Shown: piece by piece, positions 10,018 to 20,000 of the stretch
Numbering within the stretch: position 1 is the stretch's first letter
Layout: each line of letters starts with the position of its first letter
Origin: Proteromonas lacertae
Lineage: Eukaryota
Direction: 5' to 3'
Assembly: GCA_002245135.1 (NCBI GenBank)
Contig: NGBS01000003.1
Location: forward strand, 355,436 to 375,435
Length of the DNA stretch: 20,000 nt
The notes under the pieces: generated by a model
Told to the model about the DNA's origin: nothing
Databases searched by the model: none
What the model saw: only the letters and a program-made list of their open reading frames with translations
Made by a program: the position numbers and the translations under genes

Positions 10018-10660
10018 ATACAATTGAAATGCAAAATGATAGCTCGAAATTCTCAAACCATTTTCTAAGTATTGAAATAATTGCTTGAAATACATTAAGT
10101 AGTATGCAAAATATACTAAATAGTAATTTTGAAATAGTTTTTCTATTAGTTTATGAAATATATTATGTTATTATCATAACAAGTACTATTGATTATCAAT
10201 TAACTGAAAATACCCATTCTATAGCTATACTTCTTAATTATCTATATGATATATGTGTAATATACAAAATTATTTATTATATAAATTTCATTTATGTTCA
10301 GTGACGTCAATCACCTTGAAATGTACATAATGTATATATATGCATATCAGAATATGATATACAGTATGTATATTCTATATAATTAGTATATATGCATAAA
10401 CATATGATATTATATAATCATAAGAAAAGTAGATGACTATTATGCTATAATACACAATAATATATCCTTTTTAACATATGTTAGTATATCTAGATGATAA
10501 TATGGAAAAGTTATAACAAAAAATCAGAAAAAATATACTACAGCATAACACATGGTAATATTACTATGCCCGAGCAGTAAGGGGCAGGCTTCTTTTCAGC
10601 TGAAAAAAAAGGGGCAAAAATAGGGCAAAATTCGAAAAGGACGCCCTTTATCGAACCCAG

Positions 10661-10668
10661 ATTTATTC
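10661..10668. repeat. Right copy of the 8-bp target-site duplication ATTTATTC (includes the G of the Hsp70-like ATG)
   Basis: Identical to 7948-7955. On the minus strand, 10670-10661 reads ATG AAT AAA T. Confidence 0.95.
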
Positions 10669-10859
10669 ATTATTTCTAAACGCTATATCTTACAGTAAAG
10701 TGAAAAGAATATTATGAAACGACTAATAATTATTGGCTTGTTTCATTTTATTTTTTTAATTTTCTTATGAATGTCTATTTATGATATTTCTTTATAATTA
10801 TTTAAGTAAGAAAGTCAGAAATAAATCAATAATATCACAAAAAATATGTTATTAAAACA

Positions 10860-12279
10860 TTATACTTCTTTATTCAATAAACGATTAATTCTCAACGATC
10901 CTGGATGATTATATTGATTTCTCAAATAGTAATGAGGAGATTCTACACTTAACATATTTCCAAACTATAATAAACAGATAAAAAACATATATAAATACCT
11001 CTAAATCTGTTCCTTTTAAAATATCTTTACATTCATCAACTCTTGTTTTTAATTCAACTTCTCCCAGCTTTGGACAATAATCATGTATTCTGGTCCAACC
11101 TAAATTCTCTTCATATGTTGCATCAAATTCCAGTATATTACATCCACAATAACACAGCTGTCTTTGTATATCTTTAGGCAACCATCTTGGTGCTATTATA
11201 TTCACTCCTTTCATTGTACATCGACATAAAGCAATCATTTTAAACACATAACTTATTATATTGGGTATATAATTATCATAATTTTGGTATTGTTCTTCCC
11301 ATCTTGAAAACAGAGGAGTATCTTTACATGGATAATATGGGGTTAAACTGTAAAATAAATTAGAAATAAATAATTATACTCGATTGTATCAACATTATAT
11401 TCTTTATAAAACTCAATATCATTAGCTAAATCTTCAACTGTTTGGCCAGGAATGCCAACCATTGAGCCACTCCATATTTGATAACCTATATCATCTAAAT
11501 ACTTTAAACATTTCACTCTATCTTCAAATTTCTTTGCTGCAAAGTTTATACTGTAATACAACTCTGGATTGGATGTTTCAATTCTTAAACTGTAACTAAA
11601 AATATAATAATAATGATAAAGATTATAAAATATAAAATACAATGAAGCTCCTTTATTGAAAAATCTTTCATAAACTGAACGAGGATATTCTCCAATACTT
11701 AGACCAATAACACTATGATAATTCGTCTAATAAAAATATAAAATATAAAAATTAATAAATACATTATTATTTTTATTATATTCATTTTCATCATTCTTAA
11801 TTTGATCTAAAGTTCTTTCATACCAATTGTATCTATTTTCACCAGTCTGTTCTCCAGCTTCTATTAATAGATTCTTTATTCCATAATCAAATAATTCTGT
11901 TATTGTTTCGCCAGGTTGTAATAAAACATGAGTATATCTTTGAATTTTACTTTCTCTTCTCATTCCACAATATAAACAGTTTCTTTGACACATGTTATGG
12001 TATAACATTCTACCTTCTAAACAGATACTTTTGCCAAAGTAACGCTCTTTCAAAGTGTTGGCATGAACACATAAACCATCCAACTATATATGTTAGAAAA
12101 TAATTATCATATATATTATACAACTGCTTTATCTTCACATTTCAATATTTTGTTTATCTCCTTTTTATCAAGTTTCAAAATCTCACCTACATTTCAGTAT
12201 AGCATAATCATATCATATTTTATTTCATACCTTGTTTGAATTTTCTACCAAGAAATTTACAAAAGGGTTTTACTTTCAT
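10860..12279 (-). CDS. hydE: Radical SAM protein of the HydE/biotin-synthase-like family ([FeFe]-hydrogenase maturase HydE-like), 396 aa, 6 introns
   Basis: Introns 12187-12230, 12084-12121, 11727-11762, 11596-11640, 11348-11379 and 10965-10998 give an open 1191-nt frame. Motifs: NMCQRNCLYCGMRR (CxxxCxxC), GLSIGE, YSLRIETSNPELY, GYQIWSGSMVGIPGQTVEDLAND, PYYPCKDTPL, KMIALCR. The N-terminus MKVKPFCKFLGRKF is basic and lacks acidic residues. Confidence 0.8.
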
Positions 12280-12476
12280 AGTATAATCAACATTTTGTAT
12301 ATTTGGAATATGATCTACGTTTATAATGTATAATTAATATACGAAGAGTGGTTACAAGGTTTGAAAAGTTCCTTCTTAAGGAGGAATTGAATAAAGAAAA
12401 CATCAATCAAGTTTGAGAATGAGTTTGTCCCAATAAATAATAAAAAAATAGTTGTTATTTTAGATCTTTTTCTGAA
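12280..12476. promoter_or_regulatory. 197-bp divergent intergenic region between the hydE-like and BEACH genes
   Basis: ATGs at 12279 (-) and 12477 (+). Near-palindrome TTCCTTCTTAAGGAGGAA at 12369-12386. Confidence 0.55.
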
Positions 12477-15400
12477 ATGAACTATTTGAAGAGGAAGGTG
12501 AAGGGTTTAGCTCCATCTAACAAAACTGCAAATAATGATAGTTCAGCAAAAGAAAATAAAAGCGAAGATACACAAGAATCAAGTTTAAATCTTATGGTAA
12601 GCGAAACAGGGGATGAAAAAAGTCCATTTGAGGAGGACAATGAAAGTTTAGATCAAGAGAATTGGGAATCTATGAGAAGCAAGTTTGAAGATTGTATATT
12701 TTAGCTATTAATGATATTTAGTTGAAAATAATATATCATTAGTTCTTAGTTTCATTTTTCATCCTAGTGTAGAAGGAAATTATTTTCAAAAAATCAAGAA
12801 AACTACAGAATTAGTAGGATCACCTCAACTATCAATTAGTGGTGGTGGAAATCTGTATAAATCCCTTGAAGAACGTACATTTAAAACATTTCCATTGAAT
12901 TTACGAATTGGTATATTGAAAGGAGTGTTAATGATAATTAATGAAAAGTATAAATGTGCATTCTATAAATTATTATTATTATATAATCGAATAATAGATG
13001 TAATGCAATTCGTCTAAGAATAATATTCAAAGAAAAATTCAGAATTGACTATTTAGATTACATCCTTTCCTTACTCAGTAAACCAGATTGTAATATAGAA
13101 GAAGACATCATCCAATTATACTGCAAAATCATTGGAAGATTAGGAAGTGGAGGAATCTCTGTCAAAACGCTTGGAAATATATTTAAATATATGTTATTAA
13201 AACCTCATTATCAAACTTACATATTAAGTTCAATGTGTGAAATGATGAGTTATCATCGATACCAGCATGAAATATCACCTGAATATTACTTTGATTTTTA
13301 TGGTAATAAGAGTGGAATAGAATATATTAGTAATAATAATGATATTGAAAATAACAACATTAAGAGTCTATTTAGTAATGGCTATTTGTTATATTTATGG
13401 ATTAGACCAAATCCTGCTTCTTTATCATCCAGTAATTTGTTATTATTAACTACATCAAGGTATATATATATATATATATATGTTCTTTTTTAATAGTCAA
13501 ATGATTGAACTAAATTTTCAAGATAGTTTATTATGTTATAATGTCCAAAATACAAACGATTCAAAGAATGAAATGACAGTTCCCTATTCATTTCAACCTT
13601 ACAATTGGTATTATATAATAGTAAGCCATAAAAAGAGTGTTTTTAAAGATCAATTCAGTATAATAATCAATGGAAATCAAATCATTAAACAGAATATATC
13701 TTATTTGAAAATCAAAGATAATTTTAAATGGATTATTGGCAAAGGATATAATGGTTTAATGGGAAGTTGTATGATGTTTTCTAGTGATGCAAAAATTGAA
13801 TCAAATATTCCAACCAATTACAATATCAATGCTTTGTATAATAATCCATATATTTATAATGATGTTGATTTAATATTACATCAAAAAGAATTAATATTCT
13901 ATTACAATCCAACTTTACATTATAAAAATATATTAATTGATACGTTGAGTCATAATTACAGTAAATTACTTCCCAATACAGCAATATGGAAAGAAATATC
14001 AATTATTCAAGCATTGAATATTATTGGAGGAATAAATGTATTATTACCACTATTTACATATGTTAAAAGTATATATATACATATATATTATTATTATTTT
14101 ATATAGGAGATGATAGTAAGGTTAGTTTGTGTGATATATTCTCATTATTATCATCACTTATTGATAATAATTTCATATTATCCAGTGATATGATGAGAAG
14201 TTATGCACCAGAATCAATCGGAGTATTATTGAAGCAATTATCACACAAGTATTTAGATGAAGATGGAACAATCGAAAGTATAATCACATTAATAAAAACA
14301 ATAAAGAATCAAGTCAAATTAGCTAGTACTTTAATCTATCAATTACTCAATATTAATATATGGAAGAAAACCAAATTTGAAACTCATAAAAGATTGTATG
14401 ATAATATAAAGAATATAATATGTGAAGAAGATGGTAAAAGTTATTTACAGTTGAACAATTGGGTTCAATATCTATTAGATAATATTAGGCAGTTGTATTA
14501 TAGTGAAATACCTCCAACATCGGTATATGGTAATTGGAATAATACTCCATCTATTGAAGTAAATACTAAAGTGATGTTATTGCAATCACAAATCCAATCA
14601 AACTTAACAAAAGATGAGAAAGATGAATTGAGAGAAAAGTGTATGTTATTGATTAAATTAATATTTGAAAATCAAGTGTATTTATCGGATATTAAACAAA
14701 TGTTGTCATTATGTATAGAAACGAAAGATAGTGGAATAATTATATCGATTTTATTATTGTTTAATAAATTATTAAAATCAATAAAGTTTTATAATATATT
14801 ACAGAACTATAAGGATGTTGATTTGATTGAATTATTCTTACATTATATTTGCAGTATATATATTTATTATTATTATTATTATTATTTAAATAGATAATGA
14901 GAATGAAAGTGTAAGATTATTAGGTATACTTATCGTAATACAATTAACAAGATTTGATTCAACTGAAACTAAACGAAGTAGATCAAAAACATTGTTAAAA
15001 TCATCAATAAAAGATAGTTCAAATTCCAATAATAACAATGCTGAAACAATTATAGTTGATTGGATTGGATTGTTTGAAGATATTGGTGGATTTGTTATAT
15101 TGAATAAGATGATAACTGAACATGAAACAACTCCTTTGAGTATCAATGTAATTATGAATTTATTGTTTTTAAGCAATACTCAACATATTGGAATTGATTA
15201 TACTGTATTTATTCAACCAGTAACAATAAAAGAGAATAATACAATAAGGAATCCATTATTTTTAACTCCCTTATTCACAATTTTAACTAAACAACCTAAA
15301 GATTATGTTATTGAAATGTTAAATAATATGAAAATATTATTTGAAAATAAAGAAAATGGAAATTTGATTGCTTATGAACCAATGTGTATTTATTCAATAT

Positions 15401-18400
15401 TAAAGTTTTATCATGATAATATCAATAATAATACAGATCCATCAGATAGTTTACCACCTCCACCACCTTCATTATCGAATGATATTAGTATGGAAGGACT
15501 AAAATTACCCAAACCAGAATCAAGCTCTACTGAAAATGAAATTTGTGAAATAACCAAATCACTTATTTCAACTCTAATTAATATATCCATAGAGAATAAT
15601 CCATTAAATTCACTGATATTTAATGATTTATATAATGCAGAATATCTTATTTCTCCAGATAATTTATCATTGTTTTATGAATTATTGAGTAGTTGTATTG
15701 ATACATTAACCAAGAAAATCAATGAAATAATAGAAGAAGGTGGTAATACAAGTAAATCAGTAGATACTGTAGTGAATCTATTATTAATCATTGAGCCGTT
15801 ATATTTGAATTATTATCCAACTGTAAATGGAAAAATATTATATTCACCTCCACCAGAGTTGGATAAAGAGAATCATTGTATATATTGTCACGAATGTCCA
15901 GTAAATGATGTAGGTGATAATAAAAAGACAAACACTTTACATTTATATGAAGCTCAATTACCAAGTACTATCTGTTTTAAGTGTAATCATTATCATGTTC
16001 AAAGTCAAGCTCCCAATCAAACCTATCCGTTACATAATATTCTTTTTCCTTTATTTCAGAGTTATATTAGTCTATTAGATGATAGCGGTAATAAACAGAG
16101 TGAAATATACTGGAAAACTAATCTATCAGGCCATCCAGCTATCTATACAGTAATTAAGCTTTTAATTCGTTTAATAACCAGTGGACCAATAGGATCACTC
16201 TATCAATACAATCTATTCTACCAATTACGAAGGTTTATTGTAGAATTACTCTCCAATAAAAACAAGCAAAACTGTGAATATATTGGTTTAATCATCGTTC
16301 ATTTACACTCCTATTTGTATTACATTTACGACTTACTCGTCAAAGAACACACTAACAATTTATATCCACCAATTAACAGTATCAAATATACAGGTGTTAA
16401 TATCTACAAAGAAGGTTATAACAAGGAAGGAATTCCCAAAATCATCAATGAAATCGCAACAACATTTAGTAATATTGTATCAATAGATCCATCACCATTA
16501 CACTCAATGTTTGTTAATTATAATGATATGAAATCATTTATCAATATGCAAGCAGGTGAATTATTAGAATTAAGTGGTAAATTGAATATTGATAGTATGT
16601 TAAACAGTAAATGGTTTAATTATGAATGGGTTTATCAGCCAATAATATGTGATCAAATTAGTAGTGTCTTGAATAAGATAAATAATGAGGAAGAAGTGAT
16701 TTATAATGAATTTATTGTATATAATATATTATTTCTACTTATATATATATATATATAGAAAAAATATAATGATTTTAAAACAATCATCAATTATAATATT
16801 GACAAATTGAAGTTAGATGTGAAGAATACAATTGAAGAGAAATATAAGATAATAATAAACAATGAAATTGAAAGATTGATAAAACAAAAGAAAAGAGAAA
16901 AACAAGAGAATGATATAAATAAAGAAAGATGGGAAAAAATATACAAAAATTTATGTTTGAAAGGTCAAGCCTGGGAAGATACTTCCGTTGAATTACATTA
17001 CAAATTATCAATGAAAGTAAGTTCATCTTTTACAAGAGAATTATTGGAAATAAATTATAATTATTCAAACTATGAACAATGTATGAGACAAAATGATACA
17101 CGAACTCCACGCAATGAAAATCAACCAGAAATGAAATTGTTAAAATTATCAAGTATAATTTATAATATTTTTATATTGTTAGAATCTTTAGCTTCATCAA
17201 GTCATTCCATTTGAATGAAGCAGAAATTGAAGATGCAATAGATACAAGTATATCAGGTTATGATGATTTATTGAATTATATTCCATTTAAAAATGCATTT
17301 TATAAAGATAAACCAATGTATATATATTCATATTCATATTATTATTATTATTATTTTATTAATAGTTATCATACAAATGCCACATTAGTTCATCCTTTAA
17401 AAGAAGTTGAAGGAATGTTTATTATTGGTAAGTACATAATATGTTTTGTAGAAACTGAATCACAAGTTATTTCAACTTGGAACTTATATGATACTACTAT
17501 GTTATTCAGTAGACTTCATTTATTACAACCCAATTCAATTGAATTATATTTCTGCAATGGTGAATCCTGCTTCTTCGTTTTTCCAACTACTGTTATTCGT
17601 AATAAGATATTTAATATTTTATTAAGTTATAATTTACCATTATTAATCTATAAACCATCTTTAAATGCATATGATGCTTTAGTTCAGAATGGTTTTCTAA
17701 AGAAATGGCAAATCGAGAAATCTCTAATTTTGAATATTTAATGATATTGAATATATATAGTGGTAGAAGTTATAATGATATGAGTCAATATCCAGTATTT
17801 CCTTGGATTATTAAAGATTATGATAATGATAAGATTGATGTAGAAAGTGAAGAGATTTATAGAGATTTATCAAAACCAATTGGAGCAATTGATGAAGAAA
17901 AAGCTGAAATGGTATAATATATATATTTATTTATTATATAAATAGTTAAAACAACGTTATGAAGAAATGAGAGATAGTGATATTCCACCTTTTCATTACG
18001 GTACTCATTATAGTTCAATTGGTAGTACATTATTCTATTTAATTAGAATTGAACCATTTACTAATTTACATATTACATTTCAAGGTGGAAGGTTTGATGT
18101 TCCTGATAGATTGTTTATATCATTGAAAGCTGCATATGATAAGTATATATCTCTTATTATATTAATAAAAAATAGGCTCGACTCAGTCAAACACTGATTG
18201 TAAAGAATTAATTCCAGAATTCTATTATAACCCATACTTCTTATTAAACAATGAAAATACAGATTTGGTGTATTATCAAATGGCGAAGAAGTGAATAATG
18301 TCACATTACCAAAATGGGCTGAAAACGCCTACGATTTTATAAACAAACACAAAGAAGCCTTAGAAAGTGAATATATTTCAGAACATTTTAAATGATTGGA

Positions 18401-19710
18401 TTGATCTTATATTTGGTTATAAACAAAGAGGAGAAGAAGCTGAGAAATGTGTAAATATTTATTATTATCTAACTTATGATGGTGCTGTAGATATGAATGA
18501 AATAGAAGATGAAAATACAAAGAAAACATATGAAGAACAAATATATCATTTTGGTCAAAGTCCATTACAATTATTCAAAGAAGTTCATCCAAAGAGAAAC
18601 TCTACTGATGAATTACCATTATCACGTTTTTATAACTGTAAAGGCCGGTTTAAATATTAGTATAATCCAAGATATAATCAATGATGCAGTAATATTTGTG
18701 AGTTATGAAGGTGATTATATCATTTGTGTAACTGATAAATTAGAGTATCATCGAATAGGATATGATTCATTAAGAGACTTGAATGCTATTGGTTATAATC
18801 CATCCAATGATAAGAAAGGATTAATTGGTAAAGAAATTAATGAACAATTAATATTGAAAGAATTAGGAAGTGAAGAAAATGATTTAAGAAGTCAATGTTT
18901 ATTATCAATGAGTCATTGTAAAGATAGTAATTATCTATTAAGTTGTAATTATTTGGATGGTAGTATAAGATATGTAAATGTATTTAATGATGATTATGGA
19001 ATGTCAATTGGACATAATAATATAGTTACTTGTATTGATAGTAGTGAAGATGGTAGTTATATTATATGTGGTAGTGAAGATTGTACTGTTTCAGTATGGA
19101 GATTGTTTAGCACAATAAATGCAAATTATTCGTATGATATTAATGTTTTAGAAGATCATGAAACACATGGTGATAATTATTATGTTAAAATTAATGTATA
19201 TATTATTATTATTATTATTTATAGACTTTACATGGTCATAACAGCGGAATTACTTGTGTTCGATGTATTTTATGTTTAGATACAGCACTTTCAACCTCTG
19301 AAAATGGTCATTATATCCTTCACAGTTTAACTGAAGGTAGCTATCGTATATCTGGAGATCATCCAAATCATTACAAAATAGATTATGGAATTATGGGAAA
19401 TAATGGTATGTTTTTGTTACATTCAAATATTGACAATGTTTCTTACATTTATACTGTAAATGGTCAATTGTTGTATAATCTTAAACATGAACATATATTA
19501 ACATCAGCTATTTTTTCATGTGATTGTCATTGTATTGTGATTGGATATGAAAATGGAGATTTGGTGTTTTATAAATGTTTAACTGGTTGTGAAATAAGTC
19601 ATATTTTAGAAGAAGAGAATGATGCTGTGTTGAGTATGTGTGTATTAAGTTCAGATCAAGGTTTAATTGTTGGTCATAAGAGTGGTACAATATTTGTTTA
19701 TACAGCTTAA
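12477..19710 (+). CDS. BEACH-domain protein (neurobeachin/LRBA/NBEAL-like: ConA/LamG-like, PH-BEACH, BEACH, WD40), ~11 introns, six apparent frameshifts between 17.15 and 18.65 kb
   Basis: Motifs [135 protein letters not shown] and WD40 GH..VTC...[10 protein letters not shown]. Exons from 12477 to ~17150 and after ~18650 splice in frame. Confidence 0.93.
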
Positions 19711-19911
19711 ATATATACATATTTGATTCTATTATTATTATGTTATGTTTTTTTATGTTGATATTGTGTTTTTAGTGATTTTCATCAAACCTATAAATAT
19801 GATAGAAAACAATAGATAATTATAAAATAAAAATTAACAAATTTAAAATCAATCAATCCTTCTGGAAAATATTCATAGTTTTAACTATAACTTGTAAATG
19901 TGGTCAACAGA

Positions 19912-20000
19912 TTAAGATTTATCATTATTCCTAACATATTTTATTATATTTTTAAATTTATAAGATCATAAAGTCATATACCTTGCTATTGATCGAGAAA
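19912..20000 (-). CDS. Possible 3' end of a convergent gene entering from the right edge
   Basis: The minus strand shows ...GCAAG|GTATATG...TGTTAG|GAATAATGATAAATCTTAA, a 51-nt intron-like segment (19931-19981) followed by a near stop. Too short to identify, and the frame is uncertain. Confidence 0.3.

Larger units (their letters stand above)
7956..10660 (-). mobile_element. hAT-superfamily DNA transposon, 2705 bp, full length
   Basis: Perfect 8-bp target-site duplication ATTTATTC at 7948-7955 and 10661-10668. Inverted termini are CTGGGTT (7956-7962) and AACCCAG (10654-10660), extended imperfectly by ATAAAGGG. GC-rich subterminal GGGCA repeats occur at both ends, and a hAT transposase lies inside. 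Confidence 0.96.

Noticed and set aside
10018..10304. Upstream extension of the BED exon to 10095 and ORF 10104-10304
   Set aside because: AT-rich, with no recognisable motifs. The ATG at 10017 gives a typical BED N-terminus.
10302..10309. Perfect CRE-like palindrome TGACGTCA upstream of the transposase
   Set aside because: A single 8-mer with no supporting evidence; could be chance.
17150..18650. Euplotes-like programmed ribosomal frameshifting in the BEACH gene
   Set aside because: Only one site resembles AAA-stop (AAA TGA at ~18390). The others need -1 shifts with no adjacent stop, and deleting one T gives the better-conserved EHLNDWID.
4936..19720. Remaining short opposite-strand or alternate-frame ORFs (4936-5274, 7366-7590, 8523-8723, 9491-9844, 11903-12103, 14886-15176, 16787-17026, 18080-18304, 19508-19720)
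   Set aside because: All overlap well-supported genes and have shadow-ORF composition.

Overview
Very AT-rich, gene-dense eukaryotic DNA with many tiny GT-AG introns (about 27-51 nt). The intron size and a HydE-like gene suggest an anaerobic protist such as a Blastocystis-like stramenopile (inference). In order: 5' part of UPF1 (-), head-to-head with TAF10 (+); an intact ~1212-aa receptor combining a bacterial-type periplasmic-binding/Venus-flytrap ectodomain, a class-C-like 7TM and a degenerate RGS domain (+); a degenerate Hsp70-like gene (-) interrupted just after its ATG by a complete 2705-bp hAT transposon (7956-10660, 8-bp TSD ATTTATTC, CTGGGTT termini, transposase with one intron and one in-frame stop); a divergent HydE-like radical SAM gene (-), head-to-head with a large BEACH/WD40 gene (+) that has a cluster of 1-nt indels. 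Two observations stand out. The atypical CTG...CAG termini of the hAT place a GT donor and a CAG acceptor so that splicing would leave an in-frame 12-nt scar in either orientation (introner-like design). The VFT-7TM-RGS receptor fusion is also unusual.
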